Positions 35,086 through 43,932 of a stretch of DNA of 64,000 nucleotides are shown here, in pieces (position 1 is the first letter of the stretch; the number at the start of each line of letters is the position of its first letter). The notes under the pieces were generated by a model, which saw only the letters and a list, made by a program, of their open reading frames with translations, was not told where the DNA came from and searched no databases. The stretch spans positions 3,845,287 through 3,909,286 of the forward strand of contig OZ253447.1 of the NCBI GenBank assembly GCA_965261115.1. The letters run 5' to 3'. Origin of the DNA: Candidatus Poribacteria bacterium. GTDB lineage: Bacteria; Poribacteria; WGA-4E; WGA-3G. The translations under genes were made by a program, and so were the position numbers.

Positions 35086-38055
35086 ATGAAAAACGATGAT
35101 GCTCAGCTTATCCAACGCGTGCTTGATGGTGATGATACGGCGTTCTCCACACTCGTGAAAAAATATCAGCGATCCGTTCACGCGCTGGCGTGGCGGAAGA
35201 TCGGCGATTTCCATATCGCTGAGGATATTACACAAGAGACGTTCCTGAAAGCGTATCAGAGACTCTCTACACTGAAGGAACCACAGTCCTTTGCGAGTTG
35301 GCTTTATGTGATAACCGCACATCACTGCACAGCGTGGCACCGGAAAAATCGGACGTGGACGCAGTCGTTGGAAGACACGAGCAGCGCACACTTAGAAAAA
35401 GCGACGTATTCTGGATATGTCATTGCGGAGAATGAGCGAATGACAACGGAAGCACAACGCGAAGTCGTCAAAAAGTTGCTTGCGAAGTTGCAGGAGAGCG
35501 ATCGAACTGTCATCACGCTCTATTACCTTGGGGGAATGACGTACGAAGAGATCAGCGAGTTTTTAGGTGTGTCGGAGGCGGCGATTCGGAATCGTCTCTA
35601 CCGTGCACGTCGCCGTTTAAAGAAGGAGGAATCCATGATTAGAGAGGCTTTAGAACATTTCCAAATTACGCCAAATCTTACAAAGAATATCATGCGCGAG
35701 GTTTCGCGTCTGAAACCGGTTATTCCATCAGGCAGTAAATCGTTGGTGCCGTGGGCAATCGCCGTTTCCACAATAGTTGTAATATTTTTGATGTTAGGTG
35801 TCGGTAGTCAATATTTATCTCGTTTCCAGAAACCTTACAGTTTCGATGCTGTGTCAGAGATGACGATTGAACTCATTGAAGCCCCCGTCGTGCTAAACCT
35901 TGAATCCAAGCCAGATGTTCAGACGCAACTTGGAAGCACTGCTGTGTCCAGTATAAACGATGGGTTTGGTCAGCGACCTGATGAGATTTTACTTGCTGCT
36001 GCGCAGGTGGATGGAGAGGACGTTCCTATCTCGAAACAACAGTGGGTTCAGACGAACGAGCCTGGAGGCATAGTGGTAATGGCTTTGGCTGCTGTGCCTG
36101 AAGGCAATCTCTACACCGTTGATGGCATGGGTGATGTCTACAAATTATCAAACAATGAAAACGGATGGCAACGCATCTTCAACATTGGTTCACTGAATAC
36201 CCCTTGGGGTGGCAATCCGCCTATTGCGAAGTGGAACAATACCCTTTACCTCGTCCCGTCTAACGAACTTTTTGCTTCAACAGATGATGGCAAGACATGG
36301 AATTCACTATACGCTTGGCACGAAGGCTATAGATATCCGGTTGAATTGGTGCCGACAGATCAAGCATTTTATCTTGCTTTTGATAACGGTATTTTCCGTT
36401 CTGAGGATACCGGCAAGACATGGAAGCTAATGGACAATGGGTTGACGGGGAGAATTGAATCCTTCGTCAAGATCCAAAATACACTGTTTGCTGGAACAAG
36501 AACCGGACTCTACCGCTTAAACACTGACAACTGGCAACGCTTACAATTTCCGGTGTCTGAAGCCGAAACCATTCAATCGGTAGCGGCAACTCAAGAGAAA
36601 CTCTATGTTGCGGCACAGTTAGACTGGAGAAAACTGAGCAGAGATGATAGGCAGCAAATATCCGAAGGACAGAGACGCTCCTGGTGGATATTTCGTTCAA
36701 CTGACAAAGGAGATTCGTGGACAGATATAACCCCCACAGATGCTTGGACAATCCTTGGGTATCCACCACATATCATACTGATCGCTAAAGAAACAGTGCT
36801 CTTGGCAATAGGTATGAGTGACGGTGTCGTGGTTCGCTCAATTGATGGTGGGAATACATGGGTATACGAGGAGACTACCGGTATTTCTCCTACACGCTTC
36901 AGTGTAACGGAGGCTGTAGCATTCAACGAAAGCACTTTTTATGCAGCAGGAAACCGCGGTATTTATCGCTCTACCAATGGTGGCGTATCGTGGCACCGGT
37001 TTAATAGAAAGATGAAGAGTCGGGTTGATAACCTTATCACATTCAGAGAAACTGACAACGGACAGGGTACATCTGCAGCACTTTACGCGAGGGTCAACGG
37101 AGAGTTAGTTAAAACCACCGACTACGGTCATTCTTGGAAAACCGTTCAGGTGAAAATACCGATGAAAGCGCCTCACAGAGAAGATCCACCGCTTATTGAC
37201 GAAATAGTATCGTCTGGTGATGCGCTTTATGCAAAGGGTAAGGTTCCTTTTGAAGAAGTGCGCCTGTATCGCGTCTCTACAAATAGCAATACACTCATAC
37301 GGATTCAAGAAGTACCGGTCTTTTACCCGCTGGGGTTAATGGATAAGGCGTTCATTGAGCAGCTCCAAGGGCGTCTTCATGGTGCGACCCAGTTTTTCAA
37401 GCAGTTGGCACAACCGAATCTCCAGTGGTCAGATGAACTCATACGCGGTGGCTTGCGTGGCGCGTTTGCTGTTAGCGACGATACGTTCTATATGGAATAC
37501 AATTATAAACTCTTCCGATGGAGGCCTGGTGAGGCAGAATGGTACGATACCGAAATGGAAGAAACCTCTGAAATCTCAAGGGATCAGATGATGCGCGGAT
37601 TTGAACTTGCGGTTTCAGGGAGCACTGTCTATGTTGGAAAACGCGATGGACACCTCGTTGTCTCGTTTGATAAAGGAAATAATTGGCTTGATCTCACACC
37701 AAGCCTGCCGTTTCCTGTTAAACATTTCAACGATATTATGTTTGCGGGTTCCACAGTATATGTGGCAACCGACGCAGGCGTTATGACCTCAGATAATGGA
37801 AAAAACTGGCGTGCGATCACCGATGCTACAGGAACGTCTCTCACCGTGGATCGATTGGCAGTTGATGGCACAAACATTTATGGTGTTTCCAAAACGGGTA
37901 TCTATCGGTTGCAAACGGATACCGGTTTGTGGGATCAAATTGCACCTGAGATACCAGAAGCATCGGATTCGGTGACTTCATTTGATATTGATGGAAATGT
38001 GTTGTATGTCGGAACTTATGGCAGCGGCATGTTTTACTTCAATCTTAGCCAATAG
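35086..38055 (+). CDS. ECF sigma factor fused via one TM helix to extracytoplasmic BNR/Asp-box beta-propeller domain(s)
   Basis: Residues 1-183 form a complete sigma70 region 2 plus region 4 (DDTAFSTLVKKYQRSVHALAWRKIGDFHIAEDITQETFLKAY; MTYEEISEFLGVSEAAIRNRLYRARRRLK). The TM helix is LVPWAIAVSTIVVIFLMLGVG. At least 8 S-x-D-x-G-x-(T/S)-W Asp-box repeats follow (STDDGKTW, SEDTGKTW, STDKGDSW, SIDGGNTW, STNGGVSW, TTDYGHSW, SFDKGNNW, SDNGKNW). Confidence 0.8.
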   Translation: MKNDDAQLIQRVLDGDDTAFSTLVKKYQRSVHALAWRKIGDFHIAEDITQETFLKAYQRLSTLKEPQSFASWLYVITAHHCTAWHRKNRTWTQSLEDTSSAHLEKATYSGYVIAENERMTTEAQREVVKKLLAKLQESDRTVITLYYLGGMTYEEISEFLGVSEAAIRNRLYRARRRLKKEESMIREALEHFQITPNLTKNIMREVSRLKPVIPSGSKSLVPWAIAVSTIVVIFLMLGVGSQYLSRFQKPYSFDAVSEMTIELIEAPVVLNLESKPDVQTQLGSTAVSSINDGFGQRPDEILLAAAQVDGEDVPISKQQWVQTNEPGGIVVMALAAVPEGNLYTVDGMGDVYKLSNNENGWQRIFNIGSLNTPWGGNPPIAKWNNTLYLVPSNELFASTDDGKTWNSLYAWHEGYRYPVELVPTDQAFYLAFDNGIFRSEDTGKTWKLMDNGLTGRIESFVKIQNTLFAGTRTGLYRLNTDNWQRLQFPVSEAETIQSVAATQEKLYVAAQLDWRKLSRDDRQQISEGQRRSWWIFRSTDKGDSWTDITPTDAWTILGYPPHIILIAKETVLLAIGMSDGVVVRSIDGGNTWVYEETTGISPTRFSVTEAVAFNESTFYAAGNRGIYRSTNGGVSWHRFNRKMKSRVDNLITFRETDNGQGTSAALYARVNGELVKTTDYGHSWKTVQVKIPMKAPHREDPPLIDEIVSSGDALYAKGKVPFEEVRLYRVSTNSNTLIRIQEVPVFYPLGLMDKAFIEQLQGRLHGATQFFKQLAQPNLQWSDELIRGGLRGAFAVSDDTFYMEYNYKLFRWRPGEAEWYDTEMEETSEISRDQMMRGFELAVSGSTVYVGKRDGHLVVSFDKGNNWLDLTPSLPFPVKHFNDIMFAGSTVYVATDAGVMTSDNGKNWRAITDATGTSLTVDRLAVDGTNIYGVSKTGIYRLQTDTGLWDQIAPEIPEASDSVTSFDIDGNVLYVGTYGSGMFYFNLSQ
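35623..35637 (+). promoter_or_regulatory. internal Shine-Dalgarno AAGGAGG + in-frame ATG (codon 184) at the sigma/tether junction
   Basis: AAGGAGG (35623-29), 5 nt, then ATG (35635-37), in frame. The same arrangement occurs at 41520-41534 and 38481-38495. Confidence 0.5.
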
Positions 38056-38291
38056 TAAAACAAATTGTAGGGAGGGGCTATTTGCGCCTTGCGAATGAAG
38101 TGCCTCCCTATTTTCCATTCATCCAATCACCCAATTAACTTCCCGACTCGATATTGAAGTTCGCATTCACTATCATCTTCAGATGATGTTCAAGTTTTCG
38201 CGCGGACGGAATCCACCGAATTGCCTCAAGAATAAGTTTCTCCTATAAACGGACTTCTTTCGGGGTCATTCAATTTTCAAATTGTCTGAAT

Positions 38292-38325
38292 CGCGGAGGA
38301 CGCGGAGGGCGCGGAGGACGCGGAT
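38292..38325. repeat. 9-bp tandem repeat (GCGGAGGAC x ~3.7)
   Basis: CGCGGAGGACGCGGAGGGCGCGGAGGACGCGGA was read directly. Intergenic. Confidence 0.85.
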
Positions 38326-38430
38326 TTTCGTGTTTAGGGATGCCAAAATCATAAGGGAATTTAGCTGTTTTCCAGAGAATTGAATGGCCCTGTACTTCTT
38401 TTCGGACGTATGCACTTTTGGTTGGGTTTA

Positions 38431-38439
38431 TGGTATAAT
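38431..38439 (+). promoter_or_regulatory. extended -10 promoter element (TGGTATAAT) for the sigma-less paralog
   Basis: TGnTATAAT match, 54 nt upstream of ATG 38493. Confidence 0.55.
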
Positions 38440-38480
38440 TCCATTAACAGATGAGATGCGTCTTTACCGTGTATGTCAGC

Positions 38481-38495
38481 AAGGAGGAACCCATG
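38481..38495 (+). promoter_or_regulatory. SD AAGGAGG + ATG start of the sigma-less paralog
   Basis: AAGGAGG, then AACCC, then ATG. This is identical to the internal site at 41520-41534. Confidence 0.7.
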
Positions 38496-40841
38496 ATTCG
38501 GAATGCTTTAGATAATTTTCAAATCACACCGAATCCCGGCAAGAACGTGATATATGAGATGCCGCGCGCCAAGTTTGCTGCTTCCTCTGATGGTAAACCG
38601 TTTGTGCGGTGGGTAATCACTGCTTTAGTGATGGTCGTGCTGCTGATCCAGACACATCGGGTTTTAGCCAACCCAGAGGACTACACCCGATGGGGTTTGC
38701 CTGAAGGTGCAAAAGCGCGGATCGGGAAAGGCACCTTCACTGATATGCAGTTGTCCAGCGATGGTACTCGCTTGGCGATTGCGAGTTCCGCGGGTGTATG
38801 GCTTTATGATGTTAGTACTGGTGATGAAATTGCGCTTATCACAGAGAATACGGATTTAATCGGATTGGTGGCATTTTCTCCTGACGGTGCAACACTTGCT
38901 ACTGCTGGTGGGGACAACGAATGTCGTATCTGGGATGTTGAAAGTCAGAAACTGCTACTAACATTCAAGCTACCTGATTATTGGATCCATACATTGACAT
39001 TCTTGGATGATGGAAGAACCCTTGTCGGTGAGGGATCGATTGACAAAGCTTCACACGATCTGATTGGTGGAGATCCTTGGAGATGGGATGTCCCTAAGGT
39101 CTGGATGTGGGATGTTTCCTCTGGAAAGCAGTTAGACACTTTCACCACCAAGTTACCGAGATTTAATCCGCTTAAAGATGCACGGACCAGTGTTAGGGTG
39201 AAGGCATTTGCGGATGGTACGCGTGTTATCTTTGCTTTTGAGAACAGAGACGGAACGATTAGTGTTAAAGATGGACGTACGAATCGCGAGATAGTTACAC
39301 TTCCAAAACCTGAGAGACAGGTAAGAGCGTTCAGTTTTACGCCAGATGGCAGAAGGCTTGCGGTTGCGACTTCCAGAAACGTACATCTCTGGGATCTTGT
39401 TGATACAGGAGAACAGTTGGCAACGTTTCCAAAAAGGGTCGCGGATTTCGAGGGGTATCCAGCGATACTTGCATTCTCAAAAGATGGAAAAACCCTTGCT
39501 GTTGCCGGGTTAGATGACATTGAGATATGGAATATGGATACATATTCGCAGGTTGCTACACTTGAAAATAAGAGTGGTGGTTTGTGGGAATTTGTGTTAT
39601 CGGCGGATGGTGCAACCGTTGTAACTATGAATCACCACGGCACAGTGGATTTATGGTCGGCACAGACCGGCAAACATGAACGTACCTTGACGACGGGATG
39701 GACCAGTAGGTTTTCCACGTTGGTGTTCTCGCACGATGGGAAAACGATTGCGAGCAGCACGGGTAGCAAAATCCATCTGTGGGATACAAACACTTGCACC
39801 GAAAGATTGCGGATGCAACTTCCCGGACGCGTTGAAGGTGTAAACAAACACATTGAACCGAATTTGCGAGCTGCTGTGCCCATGGTACGTGGGAGCGAAA
39901 TCGCCAGTTTAGCATTTTCTGAATATAACACGCCTCTTGCCGCTTCTGCATATAGTACCACCCTCGCCGTTTGTACCGTTTCCGACAAAGTTGAAATATG
40001 GGATGCCGCTACAGGAAAATATAATACTGATTACACGCTCCCGGGCAGACTTCGTAGGGTGCCGCATGGCCCATTGACTGATGATTTAGGTACTGTGCCA
40101 GTGCCGCGAACCCCGGCGATATACCATATCTACGCAACATCATTTGAGAGCACAGGGCATACCGTACATGCAGCCGCTTTCTCACCAAACAGTGAAAAAC
40201 TGGCTATTGAAATCCAGAATGGTGTGATGGAGATATGGGACATTCTTACCCAAAGACGCTTATGCACGCTCCCAGGTCAAGTCCCAAACTGGAGTGCGGC
40301 GTTCACGTTTACTTTCGCATTTACACAGGATGGTGAGGTGCTTGCAATCGGCAAAGGAACGGAGGTCCACTTGTCGAATACCGATACTGGCGAGACATTT
40401 GCTACATTCAGTGTTGCTAAGGAGAAACTGGATTTGATAGATAAATTACAAAAATTTCTCGGCTTGAAGCGTTTTGATGTGCCAGTGGGTGCTGTGGCAT
40501 TGGGACGAGCTGGGGAACCTCTCATCGTTGCTGCGAGTGCAGGTAAAACAATCTATTTATGGGATGTCGCGACCCGGAAATCTGTAATGCTTGAAGGGCA
40601 CACAAGTGAAGTCTGTAAATTAGCATTCGCGCCCAACGCGACTTTTCTGGCAAGTGGAGATATAGATGGCACAATTCACCTGTGGTTGCTACCTGCCGGA
40701 CACAAACTTGCCACCTTCAAGCCATACGTGAGCCCCGTTAAAGAATTGGTGTTTGCGCCTGATGGGAAAACCCTCGCAAGCACAAACCTGTATTCCCGCT
40801 TTGCTGGAACGATACTCCTATGGGACGTTCCACCTAAATAA
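38493..40841 (+). CDS. single-pass membrane WD40 beta-propeller protein (sigma-less paralog of the fusion proteins)
   Basis: It starts MIRNALDNFQITPN..., homologous to the tether MIREALEHFQITPNL of both fusions. The TM helix is FVRWVITALVMVVLLI. WD40-like blades follow (VAFSPDGATLATAGGDNECRIWDV; LAFAPNATFLASGDIDGTIHLW). Confidence 0.8.
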   Translation: MIRNALDNFQITPNPGKNVIYEMPRAKFAASSDGKPFVRWVITALVMVVLLIQTHRVLANPEDYTRWGLPEGAKARIGKGTFTDMQLSSDGTRLAIASSAGVWLYDVSTGDEIALITENTDLIGLVAFSPDGATLATAGGDNECRIWDVESQKLLLTFKLPDYWIHTLTFLDDGRTLVGEGSIDKASHDLIGGDPWRWDVPKVWMWDVSSGKQLDTFTTKLPRFNPLKDARTSVRVKAFADGTRVIFAFENRDGTISVKDGRTNREIVTLPKPERQVRAFSFTPDGRRLAVATSRNVHLWDLVDTGEQLATFPKRVADFEGYPAILAFSKDGKTLAVAGLDDIEIWNMDTYSQVATLENKSGGLWEFVLSADGATVVTMNHHGTVDLWSAQTGKHERTLTTGWTSRFSTLVFSHDGKTIASSTGSKIHLWDTNTCTERLRMQLPGRVEGVNKHIEPNLRAAVPMVRGSEIASLAFSEYNTPLAASAYSTTLAVCTVSDKVEIWDAATGKYNTDYTLPGRLRRVPHGPLTDDLGTVPVPRTPAIYHIYATSFESTGHTVHAAAFSPNSEKLAIEIQNGVMEIWDILTQRRLCTLPGQVPNWSAAFTFTFAFTQDGEVLAIGKGTEVHLSNTDTGETFATFSVAKEKLDLIDKLQKFLGLKRFDVPVGAVALGRAGEPLIVAASAGKTIYLWDVATRKSVMLEGHTSEVCKLAFAPNATFLASGDIDGTIHLWLLPAGHKLATFKPYVSPVKELVFAPDGKTLASTNLYSRFAGTILLWDVPPK

Positions 40842-40929
40842 GACCTTCACCTATAGACAATCATTATTTCGGTTCCTGAAACTTACTATTCAAGAAATTG
40901 CAGAATTCTGCAACCGTTTTCGCCCTAAG

Positions 40930-40938
40930 TCGCGTCAC
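40930..40938 (+). promoter_or_regulatory. conserved TCGCGTCAC box (second copy)
   Basis: As at 35030-35038. Here it is preceded by TGCAAC about 18 nt upstream, a loose ECF-like -35 AAC. Confidence 0.3.
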
Positions 40939-40982
40939 AAGGTATTAATGTGAAATACTAAAAACTCCTCTGGAGATATTCG

Positions 40983-43931
40983 ATGAGAAATGACGATACT
41001 CGACTGGTTCAATGTGTCCTTGAAGGCGATGATGCCGCTTTCGCTGAACTGGTGAAAAAGTACCAGCAGCCGGTTCACGCGCTTGTGTGGCGGAAGGTTG
41101 GAGATTTCCATGTCGCTGAGGAGATTACACAAGACACTTTCCTGAAAGCATACCAGAAACTGACGACACTCAAGGAGCCGCAGCGTTTTGCGAGTTGGCT
41201 TTATGTGATAGCCACAAACCGTTGTAAGGCATGGCTGCGTAGGAAGCGTTTATGGATGCAGTCGCTGGATGCCACAGGTGGCATGCAGTTGGAAAAGGCT
41301 ACATATTCTGGGTATGTCATTTCGGAGAACGAACGCGTAACAGCAGAATCACAGCGCGAAGTCGTCAAAAAGCTGCTCGCGAAGTTACAGGAGAGTGAGC
41401 GGACTGTCATGACACTCCACTATTTCGGGGAGATGACGTGTGAAGAGATTAGCAAGTTTTTGGGTGTATCGGTGGGTGCGATTAAGAGTCGCCTCAGCCG
41501 TGCGCGCCACCGCTTAAAGAAGGAGGAACCCATGATTCGCGAGGCTTTAGAACATTTCCAAATCACACCGAATCTTACAGAGAATATCATGCGCGAGATT
41601 TCGCGTCTGAAACCGGTTACCCCGTCAGGCGGTAAACCGCTCGTGCCGTGGGCAATCGGTGTTTCCACAATAGCAGTCGTCCTTTTGATGTTAGGTATCG
41701 GAAACCATCAATACCTGTCGCGTTTTCAAAAACCGTATAGTTTCGACGCACCATCAGAGATGGCAGTTGAACTCATTGAAGCACCGATTGTGCTGAACCT
41801 TGAAGCCAAACCGGATATTCGGACGCAGTTTGGAAGTGTCAATACACCGAGCGAGGGTGCTATTTCCAACCAGCAACCTAACGACGTTTCGGCATCGGTT
41901 GCAGACGCAGAATCAGATGAGACATCTGAAAACCACGCACATTGGAAGTTGCCCAAAGCGGCGAAAGCGCGCTTCGGAAAAGGTGGGATTACCACAATCC
42001 AGTTTTCGCCAGATGGCACCCTACTTGCAGTCGGTAGCAATATCGGGGTATGGCTGTATGATGTGGAAACAGGTGAAGAGAAATCTCTGTTTGGCAGCGG
42101 CGTGTGTGAAGCCCTCAGCTTTTCACCTGATGGCCGTTTCCTTACCGTTTCTTCTCGGGAGACGCTCATCCAATTGTGGGAGATTGCTACCGAGCGCGAA
42201 GTGCCGCTTATCGACTTGTACGGGGCTGCTTCCGTATTGCGATTCTCTTCGGATGGGAAAACGCTTATCGGTTTGAGTAGTTCCGGTGCAATTACCCGAT
42301 TGAATATTGAGAACGGGAAAGGGAAAACAAAACACCTCAAAACTGGATTATTCGGGATCGGTCTCTTTAGTTCGGAGGATTTTCAGGGTGTCTACGCGAT
42401 GACAAGCGATAAAATCGCGATTGGAAAAGCGGACGGGACGATCCAGTTATGGGACGTAGCAACCCGTAAAAAGTTATCAACGCTCAGAGGACACATAGAT
42501 TTGCCGCTGCAACCGTTGAATAAACCTGTGCATCGCATATTTAAAAATAATTGGGTCTTAGCAGTGGCGTTTTCGCCGGATGGCACGCGTCTCGCCAGTG
42601 GCAGCACAGATACGACAGTCCGATTGTGGGATACCACTGGTGACACGGATTGGATGACGCTGCAGAAACATACTGGACCGACAAATGTGCTGGCGTTTTC
42701 ACCCGATGGAAAAATGCTTGCCAGTGGCAGTACCGATAAAACAGTGCAATTGTGGGACACCACCACTGGCGACCCCCTCGCGACGCTCACTGGACATATC
42801 AACGGTATTACTGCGTTAGCATTTTCACCCGATGGTCGGACACTCGTCAGCGGGAGTACGGATGGCACAATCCGATTCTGGCAGACAGCGACTGGGGCTC
42901 CAGTGGATACCCTTATCACTGGGCACACACACTCCATAAAAGCGGCGACCTTCTTTGAGGATAGTTCCACACTTGTCAGCGCGGCGTTTAACGGTGAAAT
43001 TACCTTTTGGAATGTGGAAACATCGCAAAAGTCTACTGTCCAAAATAGTAGACATCGGGATTGGTATTCAGCAGTGGCGTTTTCGCCAGATGGCACGAAA
43101 CTCGTCAGTGCAGCGGCGGATGGTACTATAGCTTTCGGTAAGTTTCCTACTACTACAAAGCCAGATAATCTAATTCGGTTGACGGATGTATCGACTGGAG
43201 ACGAACTTGCGAGATTGCCGCGAGGCACCGAAAAACTCATCTTTTCTCCTGACGATAGAACTAAAACTGTAGCGATTACTAATCTTGACATTCGTTTGTG
43301 GAATACGGAAACAGGCGATGAATTGATAATTCCTGTTAATGATGACCTGAAACCCGGCTTTCGCGGCAATCTACCAATGATTTTGGCAGCGGCGTTTTCA
43401 CCGGATGGTAGATGGCTTGTGAGTGGCACTACAGAAGGCGACATCCGAATGTGGGACGTTGCGACCGGTGAAGTTTTGACTGTCTTTGCAGAACCGACAG
43501 AACAAGAGAATCTGGGGCATATTTCGGCAGTGGCGTTTTCACCGGACCGCGCCTTGCTCGCTGCTGGCACACACACGCAACTCCATTTATGGGATGTGCG
43601 TACCGGTCATAAAATTTTTTCGGTTAGTACTGTGCATAAACGCGGTTGGGGTATATACCATGATTATTCAAGACCGTTGGTGTTTTCGCCGGATGGCACA
43701 ATTCTTATCAATGGGCATAACAGCGGTACAATCCAGTTATGGGATGTTGAGACAGGAGATAGAATTGCTGTGCTTGATGGACATACACAGGAAGTGGAGA
43801 CGTTGAAATTTTCACCTGATGGGGAAACACTGGTTAGTACGGCGCAGGATGGCACAATTTTCTTGTGGGATTGGGATGAGGCTATCACCGGTTCGGCCAA
43901 CACCGACGAATATAAGGGGTTAAAGAAATAA
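40983..43931 (+). CDS. ECF sigma factor fused via one TM helix to extracytoplasmic WD40 beta-propellers
   Basis: Residues 1-183 are a complete ECF sigma, highly similar to 35086's. The TM helix is LVPWAIGVSTIAVVLLMLGIG. More than 12 WD40 repeats follow (AVAFSPDGTRLASGSTDTTVRLWD, VLAFSPDGKMLASGSTDKTVQLWD, ALAFSPDGRTLVSGSTDGTIRFWQ ...). Confidence 0.85.
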   Translation: MRNDDTRLVQCVLEGDDAAFAELVKKYQQPVHALVWRKVGDFHVAEEITQDTFLKAYQKLTTLKEPQRFASWLYVIATNRCKAWLRRKRLWMQSLDATGGMQLEKATYSGYVISENERVTAESQREVVKKLLAKLQESERTVMTLHYFGEMTCEEISKFLGVSVGAIKSRLSRARHRLKKEEPMIREALEHFQITPNLTENIMREISRLKPVTPSGGKPLVPWAIGVSTIAVVLLMLGIGNHQYLSRFQKPYSFDAPSEMAVELIEAPIVLNLEAKPDIRTQFGSVNTPSEGAISNQQPNDVSASVADAESDETSENHAHWKLPKAAKARFGKGGITTIQFSPDGTLLAVGSNIGVWLYDVETGEEKSLFGSGVCEALSFSPDGRFLTVSSRETLIQLWEIATEREVPLIDLYGAASVLRFSSDGKTLIGLSSSGAITRLNIENGKGKTKHLKTGLFGIGLFSSEDFQGVYAMTSDKIAIGKADGTIQLWDVATRKKLSTLRGHIDLPLQPLNKPVHRIFKNNWVLAVAFSPDGTRLASGSTDTTVRLWDTTGDTDWMTLQKHTGPTNVLAFSPDGKMLASGSTDKTVQLWDTTTGDPLATLTGHINGITALAFSPDGRTLVSGSTDGTIRFWQTATGAPVDTLITGHTHSIKAATFFEDSSTLVSAAFNGEITFWNVETSQKSTVQNSRHRDWYSAVAFSPDGTKLVSAAADGTIAFGKFPTTTKPDNLIRLTDVSTGDELARLPRGTEKLIFSPDDRTKTVAITNLDIRLWNTETGDELIIPVNDDLKPGFRGNLPMILAAAFSPDGRWLVSGTTEGDIRMWDVATGEVLTVFAEPTEQENLGHISAVAFSPDRALLAAGTHTQLHLWDVRTGHKIFSVSTVHKRGWGIYHDYSRPLVFSPDGTILINGHNSGTIQLWDVETGDRIAVLDGHTQEVETLKFSPDGETLVSTAQDGTIFLWDWDEAITGSANTDEYKGLKK
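41520..41534 (+). promoter_or_regulatory. internal SD AAGGAGG + in-frame ATG (codon 184)
   Basis: AAGGAGG (41520-26), AACCC, then ATG (41532-34). The offset from the gene start is 549 nt, exactly as in the 35086 gene. Confidence 0.5.
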
Positions 43932-43932
43932 A

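Noticed and set aside
38066-38112. Inverted repeat TAGGGAGG...CCTCCCTA downstream of the first sigma-fusion gene as a mobile palindrome
   Set aside because: A single 8-bp stem with a 26-nt loop right after a stop codon is more simply a weak terminator-like structure. No related copies were seen.
42392-43576. 394-aa ORF on the minus strand inside the WD40 region of the sigma-fusion gene
   Set aside because: It is fully antisense to a gene with strong WD40 repeat signatures. Its translation is low-complexity (S/P/V/R-rich) with no motifs. This is the typical shadow ORF of a repetitive gene.
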